The notes: generated by a model not told the origin, from the letters alone. A stretch of 64,000 bases of DNA from Eledone cirrhosa (GCA_964016885.1 OZ024741.1:112592001-112656000), one strand, 5' to 3'; positions 23,490-36,808 are shown, counted from the first letter of the stretch. Program-made: numbers and translations.

Positions 23490-25188
23490 AAGACATCCTC
23501 TCTAGTGCTGGTGGCACAAATAAAAGCACACACTCCATGTTGTAAAGTGCTCTGGGGTTAGGAAGGGCATCCAACCAGTGTATCAATGCCAAAATGCTTA
23601 TCAGCACAGCAACAAATAGATAGGAACAACAAAAATATGAAGACGTCGCATCTCAGAGTTGCAACACTTAATGTTGGCACTCTCAGAGGTAGATCTGCTG
23701 AAATAGCAGAGATGCTGGAGAGAAGGCATGTGGATGTGTGCTGCGTGCAAGAGGTGAGATGGAGAGGTGCCTCTGCAAGACTAGTCGTAGGCAAACGTCT
23801 TAGCTATAAGCTTTTCTGGGTAGGTAAGGATGATGGGTTAGGGGGAGTAGGTATTTTTCTGGCTGAGAGATGGATCAATAAGACAATAGAGGTAGTTCGA
23901 GTTAGTAATCGAATAATTAAGCTTAGATTAGTTGTAGGCAGGAGATTACTGACAATCATCTCTGCCTATGCTCCCCAAGCAGGCCTAGGCAAATATGAGA
24001 AAGACTGCTTTTACGAGCAACTTTTACAAACAACCGCAATGACAGAGGACGCAGACATCGTTATGCTAGCAGGGGACTTCAATGGTCATGTTGGACAGCT
24101 CAAGGATGGTTACACTGGGGTGCATGCTGGGCACGATTATGGCTCAAGAAATGAAGAAGGAGTGAGACTTCTTGAATTTTGTGATGCAACACAAACTTCC
24201 AGAAACCTGCCAACCACCTAATAACCTACAAATCTGGCCAGCACATAAGCCAGATTGACTTCTTACTAGTTAGGCAGTGGGACAGGCAGATAGTGTCTAA
24301 TACCAAGGCATACCCTGGGGAAGAATGTACCCCACAGAATAGGTTAGTCGTTAGTGATATCTCAGTAAGCAAGAGATGGAATGAGACATACAGGAAGGTG
24401 TGGAGAAGAAAGGTCTGGAAGATAAAATACCTTTCACTAAAATACAAATTTAGGAAAGCCCTTCAAGATGTGTATGACGAAAAAGAAGACGATTTAGAGT
24501 CGTATGACATAGATAATAACTGGAATTTCTGATGTGACAACTTACTGCAGGCTACTGATGAAACTTGTGGCTGGAGCAGAGCTCCAACCAGACAGAGAGT
24601 GACCTGGTGGTGGAACAGCACAGTAGATAAGGCCATTAAAGACAAAAGACTAGCATGGAAGGCTTGGAAAAAGGGTGGGAGTAGGGAAGAATATACAGCC
24701 GCTAAGAGAGAGCTAGACGTCAGGTGTACTTAGCACGCAGGGAGGCTGAGAGTAGGAGATTTGCCAATGATCTGCGACGGAAAGATCAGAGGAGTGCAGT
24801 GTTCCACATTGCAAGGCAGTGTGTCAATGCAAATCAGGATGTTGTTGGAGATAAATGTGTCCGGAATGATGCCGGGGTACTTAGTGTCATGAATGATCAG
24901 AAAAAAGAGGCCTGAAAATGTCATTATGAGAGACTGATGAATGTGGAGAACGAATGGGAGAGAGAGAAATTACCTTCAGTAGATCCGACAGAGGGACCAG
25001 CTATTGAGATTGACGAATATAGGGTCCAAGAGGCGATTAAGGAAATGAAAAATGGTAAGGCTGCTGGACCATCGGGAATAGTTGCTGAGATGCTGAAGGC
25101 ATCAGGGGACGTAGGCACTAAACTGGTTGCACGCATCATCAATCAGGCTATATATGGTGGTGTCATACCCAAAGACTGGTGCAGAAGT
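23490..25188 (+). mobile_element. RTE LINE copy A, 5' half (APE endonuclease to RT start), frameshifted
   Basis: ORF 23586-24221 has LRVATLNVGTL, VCCVQEVRW, ISAYAPQ and AGDFNGHVG; it continues through WWN, GKAAGPSGI and PKDWCRS. Confidence 0.93.
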
Positions 25189-27426
25189 CATCATCTTCAC
25201 CGTTTTACGTCCGTTCTTCCACGCTAGCTTGGGTTAGACGGGTTGTCCTGTTGTGGGCAGTGTCTGGTCGGCTGACCATGCCTTACTCATACAGGAACTG
25301 ATTTGGCTTGATTTCTAGCGCTGGATGCCCTTCCTAACACCAACCTCATTTACAGTGAGTGCCGGGTGCTTTTTCGTGGTGCCTACACGTCCACTTTACA
25401 GTGTGGGCTGGGTGCTTTTTTGCCGTGGCACCTCCACGACCACTTTGCAGTGGGGGGGGGGGCATATTGTCTATATGCTTCAGCTTGTACCGATAGGAGG
25501 TCGGGTACTCTGTATTACTGCGTGATGCCAGAGGTCACGGTCGTGTGTCATCGCCTTTGAGAGGTATAATTGGGTAAAGTCGGCTTTTATCACCTCATCC
25601 CAGGTCATCTTGGGTCTCCCCACTCCGCGGTTTCCATTGACTTCTAGTGCTCTGCACCTTTTTATGCAGCTGTCATCCTTCATACGCATCACATGTCCAT
25701 ACCAACGTAACCGCCTCTCCTGCACACAGCATTTGATTCCTCTTATGTTCAGTCTCTCTCTCAATTCATTTATGCTTTGCCGTTCGCGTATAATACTATT
25801 ACATATCCATCGGAACATGCAGGCTTCATTTCTCTCTAATCTACGTAAGTCTTCCACCTTCAGCGCCCAGGTCTCACTACCATGCAACATCGCTGTTCAG
25901 ATACACGCATCATACAGTCTGCCTTTCATTTTGAGGGAGAAGCCTTTTGCAGCTAGCAGTGGTAGTAGTTCCCTAAACTTCTTCCATCCCGTTCTTACCC
26001 TAGTTTTTGTACTTTCTGAACACCCACCTCCACTGCTAATTCGGTCACCTAGGTAGCAGAAGCTGTCTACTGTTTCTACAGAGCCCTCCCAGAGATTGGT
26101 GGTACTTGTTTCCTGTGGCTGTTTGCTTTTTGCTGTCCCAGCACAGCTGCTGCATATGGAGCCTACATTCTTAATTAAGCTTCCTGAGATCCCGCTACAT
26201 CTCTTGTGTACCCATTGTTTGTATTTGGGGCAGAGAATGGAGTTCCTACCTACACCTTTCCTACATACTGAGCAAGGCCATTTCCCTGAGGGGATCTGGG
26301 TTCTGTTTTCTTGTCTACTTGCAAGGACCTTAGTCTTTGTCATGTTGACTTTGAGACCCTTTCTTTCTAGTCCCTGCTTCCAAGTTTGGAATTTATTCTC
26401 TAGTTCTACCATAGATTCAGCTATAAGTGCGAGGTCATCAGCATACAGGAGTTCCCATGGGCATCCAGTCTTAAACTCCTCCGTTATTGCCTGCAGGACT
26501 ATGATGAACAGGAGGGGGCTAAGAATAGAGCCCTGGTGGACCCCAACCTGTACGCTAAATTCCTCGCTATACTCATTGCTAATCCTAACTTTGCTGACTG
26601 CTCCCCTATACATGGCTTGTATAGCTTTCACAAGCCATTCATCTACTCCTAGTTTTCTAAGAGCCCACCAGATTACAGCACGTGGAACTCTGTCAAAGGC
26701 TTTCTCAAGATTGACGAATGCCAAGTAGAGTGGCTTACTTTTAGCTAGGTACTTTTCCTGTAACTGCCTCACAAGGAAGAGGGCATCAGTGGTGCCAATT
26801 CCTGGTACAAACCCAAATTGCATCTCGTCTAGTTTCACCCGGTCCCTAATCAACTGTGCTATAACTCTTTCTGTTACTTTCATGACCTGGTCCATCAGCT
26901 TTATACCTCTGTAGTTTCCTCTATCTAGTGCATCACCTTTACCTTTGTAGCAGTTGACAATGATGCTACTGCACCAATCTTTTGGTATGACACCTTCTAG
27001 TATTACCTGGTTAACAATATGTGTGGTTATAGTGTGACCTACAGATCCAGATGCCTTCAGCATCTCGGCAGCTATATCTGATGGACCGGTTGCCTTCCTT
27101 AATATGCTGCTGCTGACTTGTACTGCTGGCCCCTCTATAGGTTCTACTTGGGGTAGGGTCTCTTCTTCCCATTCATTCTCCTCATTTAGTAATCTATCAT
27201 AGTGACTCTTCCATGCATCTTTCTTCTCAGCACTTGTGAGGGCAAGCTCACCTTTATCATTTCGGATACACTTCTCTCCAATGACATCACAATTCTCTCT
27301 GACTCACTGCCTCGGAGTCTTGAACACCTCCTGTTTCTGGTCCTCACGTTACAAAACATGCTTGAATTTTCTATCCTCTGCTTCCCTCCTAGCTAAGTAT
27401 ACTTGTCGCCTAGCTTCCCTCTTGGT
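25189..27426 (-). mobile_element. RTE LINE copy B, 5'-truncated, inserted antisense into copy A
   Basis: ORF 25897-27063 has NYRGI, QFGF, GVHQGSILSPLLF, YADD, a Cys-rich finger and FCYLGD; C-terminal ORF 25480-25890; 3' UTR and tail end at 25189. Confidence 0.95.
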
Positions 27427-28575
27427 ATTCTAATAAATTGGTACAAAGGTAAAGGGGATGCTCTGGAGAGGAGCAATTATAGGGGTATAAAACTGATGGA
27501 TCAGGTTATGAAAGTGGCAGAAAGGATATTAGCACAACTAATTAGAGAAAGGGTCAAACTAGATGAGATGCAGTTTGGTTTTGTGCCTGGGAAGAATACA
27601 ACAGATGCCCTCTTCTTGGTGAGACAATTGCAAGAGAGCTTCTTAGAACAAAATAAGCCACTATACTTAGCCTTTGTTGACCTAGAGAAGGCCTTTGATA
27701 GGGTACCCTGATCTGTCATCTGGTGGTCCCTAAGGAAACTAGATGTTGAGGAATGGCTTGTGAGGACAGTGCAAACTTTGTACAGAGGTACTGTCAGTAA
27801 AGTCAGGGTAGGAATGGAGTTTAGTGAAGAATTCCAGATACAAGTAGGTGTACATCAAGTTTCGGTCCTCAGCCCGCTCTTGTTCATTATAGTCCTCCAA
27901 GCCCTAACAGAGGAGTTTAAGACTGGCTGTCCATGGGAACTTCTCTATGCTGACAATCTGGTTCTTATAGCAGAATCAGTAGAGGATCTAGAGAATAAAT
28001 TCTGGCTATGGAAACAGCAGTTGGAAGTAAGAGGACTGAGAGTGAACCTAGCTAAGACAAAAGTGTTGATGAGTAGAAAAGAGGACAAAACTCTGATTCC
28101 ATCAGGGAAATGGCCATATTTGATATGCAGAAAAGTAACTGGCATAAATTCTATAAAATGCACACAATGCAGATCCTGGGTACACAAGAGATGTAGCGGG
28201 ATAGCAGGCAAACTAACAGGTAGGGAGTGTCAATGTGCGTGAACAACTCAGCATAAATGTGTTGAGAGAGAAATTGTGTCTGAGAGGGATAGAATGTAGT
28301 GTACGGGAGAGAAGACTGAGGTGGTATGGACATGTGATGCACATGGAGGATGACCGATGGGTAAAGAAGTGCCTGGAAATGCCAGTTGAAAGAAGACGTG
28401 GTAGAGGTAGACCACGAAAAACATGGGCGGAGGTGGGGAGAACAGACCTCAGATCGCTGAAACTCATGGTGGAGATGACGACGGACCGTGACAAGTGGAG
28501 AGATGCTGTGCTGAATAAGACCCGTCCCACCCTTGCAAGCAGGGAAGAGCGGACGTAAAATGATGATAATGAATG
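27427..28575 (+). mobile_element. RTE LINE copy A, 3' half (RT to end) with internal deletion
   Basis: Resumes ILINWYKGKG directly after PKDWCRS; has LEKAFDRVP and YADN; jumps from GKLTG to VREQLS at ~28222; ends KTRPTLASREERT + (tga)n. Confidence 0.93.
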
Positions 28576-28830
28576 ATGATATGTATAGTCACGTGTATCT
28601 GGTTTACAATAAGTACACTGTATCCTTGCATGTTGTTTGAAGCAACTAAAATGGTTGGTGTCAGGAATGGCATCTGGCTGTAACACATTTCCTCAAAAAG
28701 AAATTGGCATTAAAATGCTTGTTAGGTGGTATAGTTTATTCTCTTCGCCATTGTTATATATCTGTCTATTATATTTATTTTGTACACCTTTGAAGGATAG
28801 TATCTTAGGTATATATATATTTATATATAT

Positions 28831-28998
28831 ATATTGTTTAGAAAACATAAGAGAAACAAACATAAGGACAATTCCCGCTCTTTGGCTGTCTGCTGTGGGT
28901 CGCTGAAATGCACCAAAACATCAGTAACCCACAGCAGACAGCTGAAGAGTGGGAATTCTCCTTATGTTTGTGTTTCTCTTATGTTTTCTAAACAATAT
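28831..28998. repeat. 168 bp hairpin (76/78 bp inverted arms, 14 nt loop)
   Basis: Arms at 28831-28906 and 28921-28998 differ by about six substitutions and one 2 bp indel. Confidence 0.9.
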
Positions 28999-29011
28999 TT
29001 ATTAGTAACCA

Positions 29012-29230
29012 GGGAGGGCAGTGGATTGGCAGTATCGGTAGAGAGTCGGACGCCATGCTTTGCAGCAAAGAGTTACGGCCCTTTATGATCTGAGTTCAAA
29101 TCCCGCCAAGGTTAACTTTGCCGTTCATCCTCATGGGGTCGATAAAATAAAGTACCAGTCGCGCACTGGGGTCAATTTAATCGACCTTCCCCTCACCCAA
29201 AATCACTGGCCTTGTGCCTATATAAGAAAC
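29012..29230 (+). mobile_element. Family-A SINE with 19 bp TSD
   Basis: TSD caatatttattagtaacca at 28993-29011 and 29231-29249; A and B boxes present. Confidence 0.92.
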
Positions 29231-30054
29231 CAATATTTATTAGTAACCACACATCACCTTTGTTACTTTTAATTTATACACACACACACACACAGAGATT
29301 AAATTTAAGTGAGAAAAACTTTATTTATGGGAGCACAAGCCAGACAGATAAAAAAATATATTTTAGCTATTCTCCCTTATATAAAGATATCCCTACCATT
29401 GTTTCGTTTGTGGAAGAATTCATAATTGAAGTATCTGCAATACTCTTCAGGTGTTTTTTAATTATTTAAAAAGTAAGAGGAATTTGACTAAGAAATTATA
29501 CATACTTTTTCTTTGCTGCGGTAGCATGCTGGACAAAAACACACATTATGTAGTTGAACTATTATGTGATCAAATACCTCTCAACATATTAGGACTATGT
29601 GACAGGCTTATAATGCCGCTAGAAATAGTAGCCAAAAGACCGTCTGATACAACTCGACAAATTAAGTAGTTTAATATTAATATTTATATCTATATCAGAG
29701 AAAATGTAGTCAAAATTAATATCTGGATACAACTTATATCTAATCTTACTATTTTTTTCTGTAGTTTCAAATAAAATGATATGAAGTTTTAGGTTGTATT
29801 TGATAAAATATATAAATTTACTGAGAACATTCTAAATATAATTATGTACAATCATATTGACATATACATATTTGTATTGCCAACGAAAACACGACCACAA
29901 CAATATTACTAAACGGACTACCGTCCGTTTAGGATTCTTGTTTATTTTTTTATCTTAAATCTCTGGTCACCTTGAATTCTGTTTTAACCTGATTTAGTGA
30001 ACTCTTTCTTTTCTCTATTTCTTTCTATGTACTTTCACTATATACACTAGATGG

Positions 30055-30222
30055 GTCTTCTTCTTCTTTCTTCTTTTTTCTTCTTTATTCCTTCTTCTTC
30101 TTTCTTCCTTCTTCTTTCTTCCTTCTTCTTTCTTCTTTCTTCTTCTTTCTTCTTTTTTCTCCTTTCTTCTTTTTTCTCCTTTCTTCTTTTTTCTCCTTTC
30201 TTTCTTCTTTCTTCTTCTTCCT
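30055..30222. repeat. (CTT)n polypyrimidine tract
   Basis: Almost pure C/T run. Confidence 0.9.
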
Positions 30223-30999
30223 CAATACATTTTATAATCATTCCCCTTACATGAACAGGCTTAGACTTGTGGGCCCCATGGACGCAGCATGCCTTTCCTG
30301 GTGCCTATCATTTTTGTCACTTCTTATAACATATAAAAAATGTAACTATTCTAAGCTAGGTACACACAGTAGATATGGTTATGTTAAATAACTCTACATA
30401 ATTGTCCTATTTTCAGAGTACAATGTTTTTTTTTTTTGTTTAGACCTGAATGTCACTACTATAAGATCTGAAAATAAATTTATTATTTCAAATTCCTTTT
30501 TTTTTTAATCACTTCCCAAAAGTAATATCTTTAAACATGACAAACATTGCTTTTGTACATTATGTATACATTTTTTTTTACAAATTAATGGCTGAATTCA
30601 TAGGAATAATAATTCATTTTTATGTTTTGTTTCAGAAGATTTATATCTTATCTAATTAGATCTTTCTTAAGAACCATGAACATCGCAGTAAACTACAAAC
30701 TATTTTTATTTAATAATTAATCTATTACTTCACTTAAATAGATTGTGGTAATTCTTCCAATAGATTTAAGTTATATATTTATCAAATCCATTCTGTCCAA
30801 ATCAGTTCAATTTAATAGTGAACTTTTTTAAGTACTTCTTAAATATTTGAAAGCAGTCAATCATTGAGTTTATAGCAATTATTTTTGAAAATATCGCTTT
30901 TTGTTCACTGTTTAGTGTTTTTTTTTTATCTTCTCCCTCTTTCCTAACATATCTTCAATTTAAAAGTTTTTCTGCTGATGTTTTTTTCTTCTCAATATT

Positions 31000-31440
31000 A
31001 ATGCTAGTGTCATGATAAAATGCACCTAATTCACTCTGTAAAGCGGTTGGAATTGGGAAGAGCCTCCTGCTGCAGAAGCCATGCTGTAGGAGGTTGAGCA
31101 GGTTTTCCATTTGTGTCCAGGATATGGCTCCCTAGTGCTGATCAAATTCTTCCTGTACACTTTGTAAAGTGGTTATTTTTAGAAAGAGCATTCAGATATA
31201 TGTAGAAACCTTGCTAAAAAGAGTTAAGTAGAGTCTTCAGTTGTGTTCAGGATATGACAGCCTCCTTAGTGTTGGTGCCAAATCCAAATGCACCCAGTAT
31301 TCTATGTAATATAGCTGGCATAATGATGGGCATCCAGTTATAGAATCCATGTCAAAAGTGGAATGTTGAAACACTGATTTGGTCTGTAACAAACCACCCA
31401 ATCCATGCCAGCATAGAAGTATGAATGTAAAATGATGATA
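31000..31440 (+). repeat. Three tandem copies of the RTE/SINE-B body module plus tail
   Basis: (c)tagtg...cacc...ctgtaa...gg..a(a)g(a/g)gcat...gtagaa recurs at about 31003, 31130 and 31266; ends tgtaaaatgatga. Confidence 0.55.
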
Positions 31441-34400
31441 ATTAAAAGGGTGTTATTTTTTCTTTTCTTTTCGATTTTGTTTTATATTTAACATCCTATG
31501 ATATTGCATCTTATAGTTTTTTATATATTGTAATGATAAGGGCTCCAGTTTTTCCATGAAAATATCTTTACCATTTGGATCAAATGACAGACTGTTGTAG
31601 GGGTTAAATTAAAGCTTTTATTCAATCTAAAGAGAAGAAAAAGAAATTAGTCAAGTGCAAAACTAACATAAAAATAAAACAAAAGTATATAACACTCTAG
31701 CGCGGTGAGCTTCTGGGATTAGGACAGACGTTTTATAACAGGGTTACATGATTGTTTCTGGGTGTATGCTGTGATTGTTTTTCTGCTGTCAAAAGAGATG
31801 TATTTATAACCCATAACTTAGTGGTTTGACAAAATGAGATTGATAAAATAAGTACCAAGTTTTAAATATATAAGTACTGAGATCAATATGATATGCTAAA
31901 TATCCACATTATATTGTAACCCCATTAGAATATAATAACCAAAACCAGTCAAAGAATAAGACTAGTATGACTCCAATCACAGAATATTTTCACAAACTAT
32001 GTTTATGGAGACAGTGTAAGTTGGGTACAGGATGTCTAGATTGCAAGTGAAAGACATAATGTATAGATAACTAGGAAGGAATGACAGCAATATTATATTG
32101 TAGTATCATCTTTGCATGATTTAAGCCGATAGAATATAGGTCAATGATGTAAAAACTTGATTGATAAATTGTATATATGTATGTGTGTGTGTGCATGTGT
32201 GTGTGAGTGTATGTGTGTACGAAAGAGAAGTGTAGAGATAGAGGGAAAGGTGGTGAGTGTAAAGAGAAAAAGTGAAAGACAGCACATAAGATAGTTTCAT
32301 CAATTAGATGGTGCTGGTTGTGGTGGTTGGGTTTGTAAACTGACAGGAAGCTTCTGATGCAAGATACAGATGGACAAATGGAACCCAAAGACAGGCAAAT
32401 TATCTAAGAAATTTGCATGTCAGACACAGTTGAATGTTTTCCTAATATCAAGTGCAATAATAATCTTTTACCAAATTTTTACCAAATTTCTCAAGGATGT
32501 GAGGTCACTGAATTCTAACATAGAATAGTGGGACTTCAGTAGTTATGGCTTTGTGGAAGGCATACTGAGGCAGAGAGAGAGAGAGGGGGAGAGAGAGAGA
32601 GGTGGGGATTGAAGGTGTTAGAGAATTGGATTATTAATCATTGACAATCTCTCCTGTAGAGCATGTTAGACTGCATGTTAGCAAGATGCAGATCCCTGGC
32701 CTGTCTGGAAGGTTAGTGGCCTCATTTTAGTATTTATTTGGTTGATGTAGACCTGTCCAACCCTTACTAGCAGTGAAAGGTGACGTTAAAACAATGATGA
32801 TGATGATGTTTCTAGACTTTCACTGTCAGATCTTCAGGGTGTGGAGTGTTATTGGGTTTTTACTGCCTCTTTTATTGTAAGCAATTGAACTTGATGGACT
32901 TCAATGAAATTTTAATCACCAGCTTGTGTACTGGCTTTATTATCAGAATTTAAAACATATCCATTAACCAGTTTAACTGCTAGACTTGGCCAGTTTAGTC
33001 CCATGTTTATGATGTGTGTATGTTGTTTATGTGGTTATCTTAGCATTGCATTGTGATATGAGTACTGTCTTCTGAATTTATCACCTATTTGTGATAATAC
33101 TAACATATTTTCTATTATTTTTTTCAAATCTAAATTTGTTTTATGGTGTGCAGTGTGTTGCAATAATTCCTTGTGGTAAATACATGGTAAGCCTTAAAGA
33201 GAGTGCTGTAATTCTATGGCCAATGTAGCATTTGGGTTTATGAAGCTTATAACTTTCATTGTTGCAGTTGAAACTAAACCACAATGGTCATTTGTAGCTT
33301 GTTCTCTTGTTTGCATGTTTGCTCTTTGTTGTAAATAAGGAGGTTTTCAATATCAGAGTTTTTGTTTTTGTATTATTACTGCTAATTCATGGTTTGGTCT
33401 ACTGCATTTTCTTTTACATTTTATGAATTGAATGTATACAAGCTATATAACAGAGGAATACATAATCAAAGGTTTCATAAACAAATATGATATGTTCTAT
33501 TTGTGAATATATAGCATAGACATCATGAAAAAGTCATTTGAGCTATTGAATACACACACAAATTCTGTTAAATTCACTTTATATTTATCATTTATAACTT
33601 GGTGTCAACATTTTTGTTGTACAGTTCACAACCTGATTACTGACACAGTTCCTTTAAAACTTCATTGTGCCTATATATGTGTGTATAGAGCATCACCCCA
33701 TATATATCTATTTCTATCTATCTATCTATCTATATTTATATGTATATATCATCATCATCATTTAACACACACACACACATATATAGATATTTATGCATAA
33801 GAGGATACACAATTTGACATCAAAATAAACTTATATTCAGTCAAACATGTTGTTCATACATATCCATTTATAGATAGATGTATACTTTTAAATGCATATA
33901 CACACAATAAACCACTTACACATACATACATGCACACACACATAGATGCATATATACATACATCTGAACATACATATGTGTAGATACATGCATATTCCAT
34001 ACACCCATGCATACGCAACAACATAAATATCCCTCTATGTAAACAGGATATGGAGACAAGGCATGCATACATGTGTATGCACATATATATACATGGGTAT
34101 GTGCATATATATATATATACATGGGTATGTTCATATATACATGTATATAAATAAATATGTATATGTACATACATGTGTGTACTTACATGTGTGTACATAC
34201 GTGTGTGTATACACACATATGTATGTATATACATACATTTGTATACATACATGCATACAAGTCTGTGTACATACATACCTATATATATACATGGGCATAA
34301 ACTTTTTATGGATTGCTGCCATAAAATACGGTTTTTGTTTTGTAATCCTATAATAGTGCTTTTGGTTTCCTTTGCACACTTTTATCTAACAATGGAAACA

Positions 34401-34762
34401 TAGATGGTGGCAGTGGTGGGAGCTTCTCATAATGGCCATGTTGATGGTGATGCTAAGAGGTTTTCATCATGATGATGATGATGATGCTGTTGATAGTGGT
34501 CACGATGTTGATGCTGATGTTGATATTGATGCTGAAAGTTTTTCATGATGCTGATGATGATACTGTTGATATTGATGTTGAAAAAAAAATGCTTTTATTT
34601 TATCACAGAGTGTTTTGTCAATTGATTATGACACCTATCACAGTTGTTTTGTTGTTGCTTTTCTTTTTTTCTTATTTATCATGTATGTATGTACACATAC
34701 ACACACACACACACATATATATACATATGTGTGTGTATATATGTGTGTGTATATATATATAT

Positions 34763-35166
34763 ATCATCATCATCATCATCATCATCATCACCGTTTTACG
34801 TCCGTTCTTCCATGCTAGAATGGGTTGGACGGGTTGTCCTGTTGTGGGCAGTGTCTGGTCGGCTGACCTTGTCTTGCTCATACGGGAACTGATTCTGGCT
34901 TGATTTCTACAGCTGGATGCCCTTCCTAACACCAACCTCATTTACAGTGAGTGCTGGGTGCTTTTATGCCGTGGCACCTCCACGTCCACTTTACAGTGGA
35001 ATGATAGGGACCCCAGTCACTATCATATCATTTCTACAGCTGAGTGAACTGGAGCAATGTGAAATAAAGTGTCTTGCTCAAGGAAACAACACATCACCTG
35101 GTCCGAGAATTGAACTCACAACCTTTCGATTGCAAGGCCAATGCTCTAACCACTAAGCCATGCGCC
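34763..35166 (-). mobile_element. Full-length family-B SINE
   Basis: Reverse complement of 10382-10772, including the tRNA-like head at 35095-35166. Confidence 0.88.
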
Positions 35167-35396
35167 TATATGTGTGTGTATATATATATATATATATGTG
35201 TGTGTATATATATATATATATGTATATATATGTATATATATATATATGTGTATATGTTCATATATATATGTATGTATATATGTTTATATATATGTGTGTA
35301 TATATATATGTTTATATATATGTATATGTATATATGTATATATGTATATATGTTTATATATATGTATATATATGTTTATATATATGTTTATATATT

Positions 35397-35427
<31 letters not shown>

Positions 35428-35700
35428 ATGTTTATATATATGTATATATTTATGTATATATATATGTATATATATGTATATATATATATATATGTTTATA
35501 TATATAAACATATATATATGTATATATATATATGTATATATATATATATTTATATATATAAACATATTCATATGTATATATGTGTGCATATATGTATAAA
35601 TATATGTATATATAGGTACATATATGAAAATATATATATATCTGCACACATGCATATATATAAATACATATATAAATATATATATATACACACACATACT
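35167..35700. repeat. (TA)n/(TATG)n microsatellite expansion
   Basis: Over 500 bp of TA-rich simple repeat. Confidence 0.95.
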
Positions 35701-36608
35701 CACACATATTTATGCCTATCTCTCTCTCTATATATATATATAGTTACTTTTCTTTGGCCTCTAGCACTAAATTGTTTTAACATTTTTTGTTTCTTTTAGT
35801 TTTGTTGTTACTGTTGTAACATATTTCCTAACATTAAGTAAATTTAGGAGCTGATAAATATATCGGTTATGTGAAAAATTCTGTGTATATTGGCAAGAAT
35901 GTGTACATATGCATATAATATTGTATATATGCCTATATACATGCACCCAACACAGATACATATATTCACATGTATGAACATATATATATAGAGAGAGACT
36001 GTTACTTAACATTACTGTTACTTATGTACTGTAGACTTTTAATTTCATATCAGTTTTATTTTTGTCAGATTGACTGCAAGACACATATTGAGAAGTTTGT
36101 GTAGTTGCATGGGGAAAATGTGGAAAAGGAGAAGTATGATGTGTTTTAGGGATTATAATCTTTCCTTTAGGCTTCCCGAATTGGAACTAACTTATTAACA
36201 CATTCCATTTTGTTATAAATTCCATGATAACACCACTTTCCTCTTCTCCATTTATATGTATCTGCACTGCCAGCCCATTATCTCAACAATATCGACACCA
36301 ATATTGCGTCTATTGCTATCTTATTGATGTAACAACAACAACAATATTGATTTCTAATTTAAGGCATTAGGCAAGCAAATTTAGGGAAGTGAATAGTTGA
36401 TTACATCAATTCCAATACTTGACTGCTACTTTATTTTATGAACCTCAGGAGGATGAAAGTTGACCTTAATAGGATTGGATCACAGAATGTAAAGTGTCAA
36501 AACAAATATTGCTGTGGCATTTTATCCAACCTTTACCAATTCTATTGCGTTCATAGTAACAGTATGATTACCATGCCAAAATATATGTTGTTTTTTAGAT
36601 TTATTTAA

Positions 36609-36808
36609 CATTTTGATAGCAACCCTTCCAAAACTGCCGAAGTTTCCATGAGACAAACCACCCATTTTAAGGGTTTTCTACTTAAATACAAACTTTCCAA
36701 CATAATTTCTTATATGAACATATTCTTATGTTACAAATATCAACTTAAAGAAATTGTAATTATAATTAATCCTTCCTGAAATTTTCATTAATATGGTAAT
36801 GAAAGGGG
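36609..36808 (+). mobile_element. piggyBac-like MITE (TTAA-flanked)
   Basis: TTAA|cattttgatagc ... atatggtaatgaaagggg|TTAA; same family as 53350-53603. Confidence 0.6.

Noticed and set aside
26096-26728. Plus-strand ORFs overlapping RTE copies (also 4343-4717 and 25610-26056)
   Set aside because: They are antisense shadows of the RT ORF.
30047-30254. K/E/R-rich or F/S/L-rich ORFs
   Set aside because: They are translations of a (CTT)n tract.
35074-35799. Long Y/I/M/C-rich ORFs (also near 3.1, 20.1, 33.9, 51.7 and 57.1 kb)
   Set aside because: These are artefacts of TA/CA/CAT microsatellites that lack stop codons.
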